Position numbers and translations under genes: made by a program. Shown in pieces: positions 1 through 10,708 of a DNA stretch of 17,774 nt; within the stretch, counting starts at the first letter, position 1; every line of letters begins with the position of its first letter. Under the pieces are notes generated by a model. It worked only from the letters and a program-made list of their open reading frames with translations. It was not told the DNA's origin and did not search any database. The DNA is taken from positions 1-17,774 of the forward strand of contig JBBDRO010000099.1 of the NCBI GenBank assembly GCA_040905425.1, given 5' to 3'. This stretch comes from Gemmatimonadota bacterium. Its GTDB lineage: Bacteria > Gemmatimonadota > Gemmatimonadetes > Longimicrobiales > RSA9.

Positions 1-2
1 TT

Positions 3-833
3 CAATCCTGGCAGGCCGGACGCGCCACGGTGGGCGGCGTGTCCCGGATTGCCCACTGGTACGAGGGCGTACAGGTGGATCTCTCCCCCCGCGCGCTGGT
101 GGGCACCATCGACCGCGCGGCGCGCGCCCTGCTGCGGTACGCAGGCCTGGTGTTGCTGATCCTGATGGTGCTCCTCCTGGCCACCCGACACCGCGCGGGG
201 GCACTGCTCCGGGTGTGGCCGCTCGTCCTGCCGGCCACCGGAGCCCTGGCTCTCTACCTGCTGACCCACGTGGAGGCGCGCTACGTGGGGGCTCCCGTGG
301 CGCTGCTGGGCGCAGCGCTGGCCCTCGGCACGCGGCGGGGGGGTACGCTCAGGACGGGCCTGCTCGTTGCCGGTACGGCGATTTTTCTGCAGGCGCCCCT
401 GTGGGCGGCCGCGGGGCACCTCGCGGCGCTGGGCGGTTGGTTCGAGCCGACCTTCAAGCCGATCCCCCATCGGATCATGGCAGCCGCCGTGCGCGAGGCA
501 GGCCTGCGGCCGGGGGACCGGATCGCGGTGGTCGGGTCGGAGCCTGGCGCCTACTGGGCTCGGCTGGCCGGCATCCGGATCGTAGCCGAGGTGGACGAAG
601 CGGACGGCCCCTCACTGAGTACGGACGCTCACCTGCCCTGCGCGCGTGCCGTGCTCGGGACCACCGGCGCACGAGCCCTCTTAGCCCGTACGGGACGCGT
701 ACCGCCGGACTCGGCATGGCGGCCGGTGACCGACGGCTGGGTCATGACGCCCATCACTGGCAGCCAGATGGAGGAGGCCGCCATGTGTGGCGCTGCTTCC
801 GCCGCGTCACTGCACCCCGCCGCGCGCGAGTAG
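3..833 (+). CDS. Membrane protein, C-terminal part (5' end outside the window); possibly glycosyltransferase/ArnT-like
   Basis: Frame is open from position 3 to TAG at 831-833. Several hydrophobic helices (YAGLVLLILMVLLLA, VWPLVLPATGALALYLL, LLVAGTAIFL) precede a soluble tail (YWARLAGIRIVAE). The family is only a guess. Confidence 0.6.
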   Translation, partial: QSWQAGRATVGGVSRIAHWYEGVQVDLSPRALVGTIDRAARALLRYAGLVLLILMVLLLATRHRAGALLRVWPLVLPATGALALYLLTHVEARYVGAPVALLGAALALGTRRGGTLRTGLLVAGTAIFLQAPLWAAAGHLAALGGWFEPTFKPIPHRIMAAAVREAGLRPGDRIAVVGSEPGAYWARLAGIRIVAEVDEADGPSLSTDAHLPCARAVLGTTGARALLARTGRVPPDSAWRPVTDGWVMTPITGSQMEEAAMCGAASAASLHPAARE

Positions 834-1622
834 GGCGCCCACCTCCTCGCTGCTCACCGCGAAGGAGCCGAGTGGACCGTGCCATTCGCCGTGCCAATCG
901 GATCCGCCGCTCACGAGCAGCCCCAGGCGCTCGGCGGTCTCCACGAAGAGACGGGTGTCCACAGGCAGGGTGCGCGGCCGCCAGCATTCCACACCGTCCA
1001 GGCCGGCCTCGGCCATGCCCTGGATTTCCGCGCGGAACACCTCCGCCCGCGGATGGGCCCAGACGGCCAGGCCACCCGCATCGTGGATCATGGCAATGGC
1101 CTGGGCGGGACTCAGCACGGCCATGGGCAGGTACGCCGGGCCGCCGTCGCCGATCCACCGGTCAAAGGCCTGAGCGGGCGTCTGCACGTGGCCGGCGTCG
1201 GTGAGTGCCCGCGCCAGGTGAGGCCGCCCCATGTTGGCGCTGGCCGGTGCGGCCGCGAGCACCTGCTCCATGCTCACCGACACGCCCAGCCGCTCGAGCC
1301 GCCCCAACATGCCGAGCATGCGCTCGTGGCGGCGGCCCCGCGCGGTGTGGGTATATGCCTGCAGCGCCGCATTCTCCACATCCACGAAGTAGCCCAGGAT
1401 ATGTTGCTCGCCCGCGGGATGATGCGTGGACACCTCCAAACCCGGGATCAGACGCACGGCGGTGCCGGCGGCCGCGGCACGCGCGGCAGCCACGCCGGCC
1501 ACGGTATCGTGGTCCGTGAGTGCGAGCACGTCCAGCTTCCCGGCCACGGCCGCCGCGACCAGGGCGGCGGGGTCCAGGGAACCGTCGGAAGCGGTCGAGT
1601 GGGTGTGGAGGTCGATGCGCAC
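807..1622 (-). CDS. PHP-domain metal-dependent phosphoesterase (YciV/TrpH-like)
   Basis: DLHTHSTASDG, ALTDHD, GLEVS, GRPH, WAHP and GGSDWHG motifs; GTG start; 271 aa. Confidence 0.92.
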   Translation of the reverse strand: MRIDLHTHSTASDGSLDPAALVAAAVAGKLDVLALTDHDTVAGVAAARAAAAGTAVRLIPGLEVSTHHPAGEQHILGYFVDVENAALQAYTHTARGRRHERMLGMLGRLERLGVSVSMEQVLAAAPASANMGRPHLARALTDAGHVQTPAQAFDRWIGDGGPAYLPMAVLSPAQAIAMIHDAGGLAVWAHPRAEVFRAEIQGMAEAGLDGVECWRPRTLPVDTRLFVETAERLGLLVSGGSDWHGEWHGPLGSFAVSSEEVGALLARGGVQ

Positions 1623-1651
1623 GCGGCGTCGCGGTCGAGAGGGGCGGCTAA

Positions 1652-1674
1652 CGCCCCGGGAGGGTCCCGGGGCG
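1652..1674 (-). terminator. GC-rich hairpin after the beta-barrel gene (possible terminator or stabiliser)
   Basis: Perfect 10-bp inverted repeat CGCCCCGGGA-GGG-TCCCGGGGCG just past the stop codon at 1684; only a weak U-tract follows. Confidence 0.45.
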
Positions 1675-1683
1675 CGCCAGAGA

Positions 1684-2313
1684 TCAGCGAATGGCTACGC
1701 CGCGGGTCATGCGCCAGGTCAGGCCCACGCCGAAGATCTGCTCGCCGGTCAGGGTACTGCCCACCTTCAGGATGAGCCGATCGCCGACGGCAACGTCCGC
1801 ACCCAGATCCAGGGCAAAGTCCACCTCGGTACTGGTGTCGTCACCGGCGGCATCATCCAGCACCACCAGGTCGAACACCACCCGCGGGAGCAGATAGGGC
1901 CGGATCCGCACGCCCTGCGTTCCCAGCGGCATGCCCACACTCACCCCGAGCGGCACGCGGTAGAGGTCCGCGCCGTCTCCGAAGGTGGCGCCGACACCGC
2001 TGTACCACGCCGCCTCCAGCGGGGTGCCCCCCATGAGGTAGCCGAGGCCGCCGTAGAACTCGGCGCCGAGCAGGACGTTGCCCGCGTCCCCGAACTCCGT
2101 GAAGCCGGCCCGGATACCCAGGCCGATGCTGCCGCCCTGGCGCCAGCTCCCCATGAAGCCCACGTCGCCCCCGTCAGGAAACGTCAGGAAGACCCCGATG
2201 TCTTCCGGCGGCGCGGACGAAAAGAATGTGGGGGAATCCCACGCCTGTGCCGCTGCGGGTGAGGTGGCGAGCAGAGCTCCGGCCACGACGCCCATTATTG
2301 CGCGCATTCGCAT
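1684..2313 (-). CDS. Exported hypothetical protein, predicted outer-membrane beta-barrel
   Basis: Signal peptide ending PAAA-Q; alternating hydrophobic beta-strand pattern (IGLGIRAGF, VDFALDLGADVAV, FGVGLTWR); AGGAG RBS upstream. Confidence 0.7.
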   Translation of the reverse strand: MRMRAIMGVVAGALLATSPAAAQAWDSPTFFSSAPPEDIGVFLTFPDGGDVGFMGSWRQGGSIGLGIRAGFTEFGDAGNVLLGAEFYGGLGYLMGGTPLEAAWYSGVGATFGDGADLYRVPLGVSVGMPLGTQGVRIRPYLLPRVVFDLVVLDDAAGDDTSTEVDFALDLGADVAVGDRLILKVGSTLTGEQIFGVGLTWRMTRGVAIR

Positions 2314-2398
2314 CCTGTTCTCTCCTGTTGATTCGGCGGCTCACGTGACCGCCCGGGCGCGGGCCTGTGCAAGAAAAGGACCCGGTTATCCGGATGGC

Positions 2399-2446
2399 CA
2401 AGAAGCGAGCGCCGCTCCCACGGGTCCGGCGGGAAGCGGCGCTCAC
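2399..2446 (-). terminator. Intrinsic terminator of the atp operon
   Basis: Arms GAGCGCCGCT (2407-2416) and AGCGGCGCTC (2435-2444), extendable inward, followed on the minus strand by GCTTCTT; about 27 bp after the atpC stop. Confidence 0.65.
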
Positions 2447-2472
2447 GCAAGCAGCCGGCTCGGCAGACTGGA

Positions 2473-2736
2473 TCAGGCCGATGCCGCCCGCTCACTCAGC
2501 ACGGTCACCACGTCATCCGCCACCTGGAGGAAACCACCGGCCACATGGAAACGCTCCACGCCGTCCGCCGTGGTCACCCTGAGCTCACCCTCACCCAGCA
2601 ACACGAGCATGGGAGCATGGCCGCGCAGCACGCCCACCTCCCCATCCCATGCGGGCGCCACCACCTGCGTAGCATCCCCCTCGAAGATCGTGCTCTCGGG
2701 GCTGATGACGGCCACCTTGAGGGCGTAAGCAGGCAT
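2473..2736 (-). CDS. atpC: F1 ATP synthase epsilon subunit (short form, N-terminal beta-sandwich only)
   Basis: VISPE, GEVGVLRGHAP and VAGGFLQV motifs; last gene after atpD; 87 aa. Confidence 0.93.
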   Translation of the reverse strand: MPAYALKVAVISPESTIFEGDATQVVAPAWDGEVGVLRGHAPMLVLLGEGELRVTTADGVERFHVAGGFLQVADDVVTVLSERAASA

Positions 2737-2737
2737 G

Positions 2738-4168
<1,431 letters not shown>

Positions 4169-4200
4169 CTATCGATCTCCTGAAGGTACGGGTCTGACCA

Positions 4201-5073
4201 CTATTCGAGAGCCGCAGCGCCGCCGACGATCTCGGCGATCTCCTGCGTGATCTGCGCCTGACGGGCGCGGTTGTACGTGCGGTTGAGAACATCCAGCATG
4301 TCACCCGCATTGTCCGTGGCGTTCTTCATGGCGGTCCGCCGGGCGCCGTGTTCGGCCGCCGCGGTCTCCACCAGCGCGCGATAGACGCTGTTGCGGACGT
4401 AGAGCGGCAGCAGGCGCCCGAGGATCTCATCCGCCGACGGGGACAGGATGAAATTGTGCACGCGGGCGCCGCGCTCCTCGTCGTCCTCCTCCGCCTCCAC
4501 CGGCAGCACCTTCATGGCGGCGGGTGGGGTGGACAGGGCGGAGCGGAACTGCGCATAGACCACATAGACTTCGTCCAGCTCACCGGCCTCGAAGCGGTCG
4601 CGCAGCGGGTCCACCAGGGACGCCGCGTCCTCCAGACTCGGGCGGTCTCCGATGTCCGTACGCGCCACGGCCATCGGCTCTTTGCGAAAGCGGAGAAACG
4701 ACACCGCCTTCCGTCCCGACACGTGCAATTCCACCTCCGCGCCCTGCTCACGAAGCCGGGTGGCCAGGCTGCGCGCCTCCCGGATGAGATTGGCGTTGAA
4801 CGCGCCGGCCAGCCCACGATTGGAAGTGATGAGGACCACCGCCGCACGGCGGACCGTTTCCGGCCGCCGCAGCAGCGGGAAGCGCTCCCGCAATGCCGGA
4901 TCGAGCAGCCGACCGATAGCGCCGCGCAGGTGCTCCGCGTAGGGCCGGGCGGCGTGCACCCGGTCCGTGGCACGCTTCAGCTTCGACGTGGAGACCATCT
5001 CCATGGTCTTCGTGATCTGACGCGTCTTCGAGACGGAGCGGATACGCCGCTTCAGTTCGCGGGTCTGGGCCAT
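4201..5073 (-). CDS. atpG: F1 ATP synthase gamma subunit
   Basis: QITKTMEMVS, SNRGLAGAFN, AMKNATDNA and RQAQITQEIAEIVGGA motifs. Confidence 0.98.
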   Translation of the reverse strand: MAQTRELKRRIRSVSKTRQITKTMEMVSTSKLKRATDRVHAARPYAEHLRGAIGRLLDPALRERFPLLRRPETVRRAAVVLITSNRGLAGAFNANLIREARSLATRLREQGAEVELHVSGRKAVSFLRFRKEPMAVARTDIGDRPSLEDAASLVDPLRDRFEAGELDEVYVVYAQFRSALSTPPAAMKVLPVEAEEDDEERGARVHNFILSPSADEILGRLLPLYVRNSVYRALVETAAAEHGARRTAMKNATDNAGDMLDVLNRTYNRARQAQITQEIAEIVGGAAALE

Positions 5074-5084
5074 GGCTCAGCGCG

Positions 5085-6728
<1,644 letters not shown>

Positions 6729-6778
6729 GGCTTCCGTGTGTGAGGCCGCGGTGTTGCCGCGGCGGTTCGTGCTTTATC

Positions 6779-7336
6779 TCAAGCGCCCGTCGGGAGCGCG
6801 GTCCGGAGCAGTCGGCGGCGGAGCCCGAGCAGGCGCCGTTGCAACGACAGGTCCAGCACGCGATCCTCGTAGCGCGCGATCAGTCCACCCAGTATGTCAT
6901 TGTCCACCCGTACGTGTGGCACCACCTGCTTGCCCATGATGCGCGTCAGTTCGCTGGCCACCGCAGAGCGCGTGGCCTCGTCCGGTTCATGGGCCAGCGT
7001 CACCTGTACGTGCATGCGGCCGTGCTTGGCGTCCAGCAGGGCGCCGTACTCGCGCCCCATGGCGTCCAGCAGCGCCTGCCTGCGGCGGTCCAGCACCAGC
7101 AGGACGAAGTTCAGGAACCGGGCGGGCACCCGCCCGTCCAGCGCCATGCGAAGCGCGTCCTTTTTGGCGGCCACCTGCACGTTGGGCGTGGCCAGGAAGC
7201 GGCGCACCCGGGGATCGCTCCCCAGCAGTTCGCCGAGCGCCGCGAAGGCGGCGGCGTACGTATCATGCTCGCCCTCGCGCTCAGCCACCTCGAAGAGCGC
7301 TTCGGCGTAGCTGCGCGCCACGATGCTGTGCTGCAT
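6779..7336 (-). CDS. atpH: F1 ATP synthase delta subunit
   Basis: VARSYAEALF N-terminus and VDNDILGGLI...VLDLSL C-terminus; TGATG overlap with atpF. Confidence 0.95.
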   Translation of the reverse strand: MQHSIVARSYAEALFEVAEREGEHDTYAAAFAALGELLGSDPRVRRFLATPNVQVAAKKDALRMALDGRVPARFLNFVLLVLDRRRQALLDAMGREYGALLDAKHGRMHVQVTLAHEPDEATRSAVASELTRIMGKQVVPHVRVDNDILGGLIARYEDRVLDLSLQRRLLGLRRRLLRTALPTGA

Positions 7337-7902
7337 CAGGTGGCCGCCCCGCGCGCGTCGGAGCCGCTGTCCGGCACGTTGCGCAGGAATTCCTGGACGA
7401 GCCGCTGATCGGCTGCGTCATCCACGCGGCTGCCGATGAGCTGGGCGGCCGCGGCCAGCGCCAGGTCCACCGCCTCCCGGCGCACACTCTCCACGGCCAG
7501 GTCGCGCTCCCGCCCGATGTCCTGCTTGGCACGCGTGACGATCTCCTCCTGCTCGGCCCGCGCACGCTCGAGGAGCTCGGCGCGGACGCGTTCGGCGTCC
7601 TGCTTGGCTTCGGCAATGAACTGCTGCGCCTGGGTGCGGGCCTCCGCCAGCTCCTGGCGCTGCTGGGCCAGGACGCGCTCCGCTTCCTCGCGCTCGGTCC
7701 TGGCCCCGTCCAGCGCCTCCTGGATGCGGCGCTCCCGCGCCTCGGCGTAGCCCAGGATCGGCGGGAAGGCAAACTTCCACAGGACCGCGAACAGCGCAAA
7801 GAAGATGACCAGAGTCCAGAAGGACACCCCCGGCGCGAAGCCGAACACGCTGGGTGTGTGCTCCGCGCCGTCCGCCCGGATCATGTAGAGAACGTTCAGC
7901 AT
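7336..7902 (-). CDS. atpF: Fo ATP synthase subunit b
   Basis: Single TM segment FWTLVIFFALFAVLWKFAFPPI followed by a charged coiled coil; AGGA RBS upstream. Confidence 0.95.
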   Translation of the reverse strand: MLNVLYMIRADGAEHTPSVFGFAPGVSFWTLVIFFALFAVLWKFAFPPILGYAEARERRIQEALDGARTEREEAERVLAQQRQELAEARTQAQQFIAEAKQDAERVRAELLERARAEQEEIVTRAKQDIGRERDLAVESVRREAVDLALAAAAQLIGSRVDDAADQRLVQEFLRNVPDSGSDARGAAT

Positions 7903-7920
7903 TTCCTATCCTTGCGGACC

Positions 7921-7951
7921 GGCGGGGGAGCGCCCGGGGCGCACCCCCGCC
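7921..7951 (-). promoter_or_regulatory. Stem-loop between atpE and atpF (mRNA stabiliser or partial terminator)
   Basis: GGCGGGGG-A-GCGCC-cgg-GGCGC-A-CCCCCGCC: 13-bp stem with one mismatch. Confidence 0.55.
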
Positions 7952-7991
7952 TGCCGTCCGAGGGGTTCGTTTGACTCGTCGGACCGGTGTT

Positions 7992-8258
7992 CTAGAACGC
8001 CGGCGCCGAGATCAGGAACGCGATCACCAGACCGAATAGCGCGGCGCCCTCGATGAGGGCCGCCAGGATGATGGCGGCGGTCTGGATGTTGCCGGCGATC
8101 TCCGGCTGGCGGGCCATGGATTCGGTCATGGCACCACCGATCCGGCCGATGCCCAGACCGGCGCCGATCACCGTGAGGCCGGCGCCCACGCCCTTACCGA
8201 TGGCAATGAGACCGGCGGCGGATTCGCCCGGCACGACCTGCTGAAGCATAGCGAGCAT
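7992..8258 (-). CDS. atpE: Fo ATP synthase subunit c (H+-coupled type)
   Basis: GAGLGIG glycine stripe, ARQPE loop and ion-carrying Glu in ALIEGAALF. Start set at ATG 8258 with an AGGAGA RBS at 8265-8270; 88 aa. Confidence 0.96.
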   Translation of the reverse strand: MLAMLQQVVPGESAAGLIAIGKGVGAGLTVIGAGLGIGRIGGAMTESMARQPEIAGNIQTAAIILAALIEGAALFGLVIAFLISAPAF

Positions 8259-8304
8259 TCTGTGTCTCCTGGCTCGTGTGCGGGGTGTCTTGCTCCCCTG
8301 GCCC

Positions 8305-8489
8305 GACGCGCGTCCCCGTCCGCGCGCCGCGGGCGCCACCGCTACAAGGGCCTGCTGGCCCACGCGGCTCTCCCCGGGCCCCCGGCCCGGGTACTGGACA
8401 CCGGTAGCGACGGGGCGCCGCTACCAGCGGCGGAGGTCACTCGGGACGCCTCCGCTCGCCCGTGGGCACACTCCCGGAGAGCGCGCCCG
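8305..8489 (-). ncRNA. Putative structured cis-regulatory RNA in the atpB-atpE spacer
   Basis: Nested hairpins read by eye (see findings); no family recognised. Confidence 0.35.
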
Positions 8490-8520
8490 ATCCACTACCT
8501 GACCTGATGCGCAGCCCGCG

Positions 8521-9417
8521 TCAGTGCGCGTGCCGGATCAACCCGATGAAAACCGCCGACAGCATGGCAAAGATATACGCCTGCAGGAACGCCACGAAGA
8601 TCTCCAGAATCATGATGGCCACGGCCATCAACAGCGGCGCCGGAGTCACCCAGAAGGCGTTGGCCATGCTGGCCAGCACCAGCAGCCCGGTGAGCGCGAG
8701 CACCACCGCGTGACCCGCCGTCATGTTGGCGTAGAGACGGATGGCCAGCGCGAAGGGCTTGGTCAGCTTCCCCAGGAATTCCACCGGCGTCATGATGGCC
8801 AGCATGGGGATCTTCATGCCCCAATGCATCCCCTCCGGCGCGTAGAAAATGGTCTTCATGTAGCCCCTGAAGCCCAGCGCGCTCATACCGGCCACTTCCA
8901 CGGTCACGAACGTCACCATAGCCAGCGCCGCCGTGACGTTCACGTTACCCGTGGGCGAAGCCCCCCACGGCAGCAGACCGAGGAGGTTGCAGAACAGGAT
9001 GAAGAAGAAGACCGCCACGATGTAGGACACGAAGCGCTCGCCCCCATGACCGATGTTCTTGAGCGCGATCTCGTCGCGGATGTAGAGCACCATGGCCTCG
9101 AGGGCGTTGGCCGCGCCGCGCGGACCACGGACGGCGCCCTCGGCGTGGCGCTTCCTGGCCTGCCGGGCGGCGGCCAGCATGAAGATGATCACCAGCACGG
9201 CCGCGAAGAGCATGAACAGCACGTGCTTGGTGATGGAGAAATCCACGCTCAACGGACCGATCTGCACCGGCTCCCACGTGGGCAGATGCACCACACCGAA
9301 GGGCGACTCCCACTCGTGGGCGTCGGCCAGGTGGTGCAGGATCATGCCGGGGATGTCGAACGCGCCGCCCTCTTCTGGAGCAGCGGCCCGGAGTATAGAA
9401 AGTAGGCTTCCCATCAT
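8521..9417 (-). CDS. atpB: Fo ATP synthase subunit a
   Basis: CNLLGLLP, SPTGNVNVT, LAIRLYANMTAGH (essential Arg) and LQAYIFAMLS motifs. Start is ATG 9417 (or 9414), overlapping the atpI stop. Confidence 0.96.
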   Translation of the reverse strand: MMGSLLSILRAAAPEEGGAFDIPGMILHHLADAHEWESPFGVVHLPTWEPVQIGPLSVDFSITKHVLFMLFAAVLVIIFMLAAARQARKRHAEGAVRGPRGAANALEAMVLYIRDEIALKNIGHGGERFVSYIVAVFFFILFCNLLGLLPWGASPTGNVNVTAALAMVTFVTVEVAGMSALGFRGYMKTIFYAPEGMHWGMKIPMLAIMTPVEFLGKLTKPFALAIRLYANMTAGHAVVLALTGLLVLASMANAFWVTPAPLLMAVAIMILEIFVAFLQAYIFAMLSAVFIGLIRHAH

Positions 9418-9812
9418 TGTTTGCGTCGCGAACCTCGGCGCAGGAACACGGGCTCCAGCAGCAGGAGTACGAACAGGAAAAACACGAACGATACGAGCGT
9501 TGCCGCCAGCGGCAAGGCCGCGGTGCGCTGCAGCCAGAACGCCAGCACCCCCACCGCCATGAAGCGCAGCAGGATGCCACCCCCCCACCCGATCAGGAAC
9601 AGCGAGCCAGGCGCGTCACGCAGCGCCACGAGCGCGGCGAAAGCCAGCAGCTGAATGCCGCAGGCCAGCGCCGCCGCCACCCTGAGCGCCCGCAGTGCGG
9701 GCCCCTCCAGTAAGGCCGCCCCGACCAGGCCGCCCGCCACCCCCACGGCCACCGCGACCGCGGCGTACAACAGCCAGAGCCTCAGCCGATCGCCCCCGAC
9801 AGCCTCAGCCAT
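9414..9812 (-). CDS. atpI: AtpI-like 4-TM membrane protein
   Basis: Four hydrophobic helices with an LLRF motif; directly upstream of and overlapping atpB. Start is ATG 9812 or GTG 9815. Confidence 0.7.
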   Translation of the reverse strand: MAEAVGGDRLRLWLLYAAVAVAVGVAGGLVGAALLEGPALRALRVAAALACGIQLLAFAALVALRDAPGSLFLIGWGGGILLRFMAVGVLAFWLQRTAALPLAATLVSFVFFLFVLLLLEPVFLRRGSRRKQ

Positions 9813-10068
9813 CACGCCCCTTCCCCTCCCGGCGCGTCCCGTCCCGCTCCCGCGGCGCGATCACCAGGTGCCAGTACATGTACCAGAACCCGGCAGCGGC
9901 GCCCACGAAGGCGCCGATCAGGGTCAGCCAGGGATCGGTGCCCAGCCGGCGGTCCAGCACGGTGCCGACATAAAGAAAGAGCGCGGTCGATAGCGCCCAG
10001 GTCATGCCGATACCGAGGTATCTCGACGCCTCCGCAGCGAGCGAAGGCGGCTTGTCCGGTCCGGTCAT
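9805..10068 (-). CDS. atpZ: AtpZ/AtpI (ATPase gene 1) family 2-TM protein
   Basis: Typical motif YVGTVLDRRLGTDPWLTLIGAFVG; first gene of the operon; start set at ATG 10068; 87 aa. Confidence 0.85.
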   Translation of the reverse strand: MTGPDKPPSLAAEASRYLGIGMTWALSTALFLYVGTVLDRRLGTDPWLTLIGAFVGAAAGFWYMYWHLVIAPRERDGTRREGKGRDG

Positions 10069-10100
10069 CGGCTCCGATCCCCAAAATCCGACAGACCGGC

Positions 10101-10129
10101 AAGCTACCGGCTTGTGAATTTTATCGCAA
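10101..10129 (-). promoter_or_regulatory. Predicted sigma70-type promoter of the atp operon
   Basis: Minus strand TTGCGA (10129-10124), 17-bp spacer, TAGCTT (10106-10101); 32 bp upstream of the atpZ start, in the most AT-rich patch of the region. Confidence 0.55.
10112..10129. promoter_or_regulatory. Rex-like operator (also fits a CRP/FNR-type spacing)
   Basis: TTGTGAA-TTTT-ATCGCAA matches the Rex consensus TTGTGAA-N4-TTCACAA at 12 of 14 positions. Confidence 0.6.
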
Positions 10130-10254
10130 GCTTCATTTCGGCGACCCACCGCGAGCCGACGACCGTGCGCGTTGGCGCCCGAGGGGGAGGGTCCCTAATT
10201 TGCACGCCCCGCGCACCCGGGCGCGCAATTCTATTCCGTTGACCGGAGGACGCG

Positions 10255-10692
10255 GTGAGGATCGGAGGAGCCGTCGTGGCCCTGCTGCTGGCCACGTTGA
10301 TGGGCTGCGGCAGCCGTGCCGATGAGGCCAGGCAGGGCTATCCGCTGGCCGGGTCGATGGATGCCCGCGTGGCGGAGGCATCGGTCCATCTTACGCTGCA
10401 CGTGACGAACTTGTCAGAGCACCCCGTTGCGCTGGAGTTTCCCTCAGCCCAACGCTACGATTTCCTGGTCCGCCGGGAAGATGGCGAGAGTGTCTGGAGC
10501 TGGTCGGCCACGCGCAGCTTTGCCCAGGTCCTGACCGTGGACACCCTGCCGCCGGGTGAGACCCGCCGCTACAGCGCCGACTGGCCGCACGGGGGCCGCA
10601 CCGGCAACTTCGTGGCGGAGGGGCATTTCCTGGCCGACGAACGCGCAATCCATCTGGCCATTCCGCTCCCACTCGACGAACCCGCACGCTGA
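10255..10692 (+). CDS. BsuPI-domain (intracellular proteinase inhibitor-like) lipoprotein
   Basis: Lipobox LMGC; motif L.VTN....V.LEFPSAQRYDF.V.....VWSWS...FAQV.....L.PGE..Y..W; GGAGG RBS before the GTG start. Confidence 0.75.
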   Translation: MRIGGAVVALLLATLMGCGSRADEARQGYPLAGSMDARVAEASVHLTLHVTNLSEHPVALEFPSAQRYDFLVRREDGESVWSWSATRSFAQVLTVDTLPPGETRRYSADWPHGGRTGNFVAEGHFLADERAIHLAIPLPLDEPAR

Positions 10693-10708
10693 GCCGCGAA
10701 GGAAACCG

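Noticed and set aside
807..833. 27-bp convergent overlap between the membrane protein and PHP genes
   Set aside because: Short tail-to-tail overlaps are common in compact GC-rich genomes.
7992..8258. Na+-coupled ATP synthase or N-ATPase
   Set aside because: Subunit c has E-G rather than E-S/T and lacks the helix-1 Gln/Glu ligand; gene order is the standard F-type order with atpH present.
8259..8520. Small ORFs or a tRNA in the atpB-atpE spacer, and the 123-aa extended atpE
   Set aside because: The ORFs have no protein-like composition, the RBS supports ATG 8258, and the cloverleaf lacks T-loop, D-loop and CCA signatures and tRNA dimensions.
9230..9417. N-terminal extension of subunit a (HHLADAHEW...)
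   Set aside because: Long a-subunits with this His-containing N-terminal region are already known from Bacteroidota/Chlorobiota-type enzymes.
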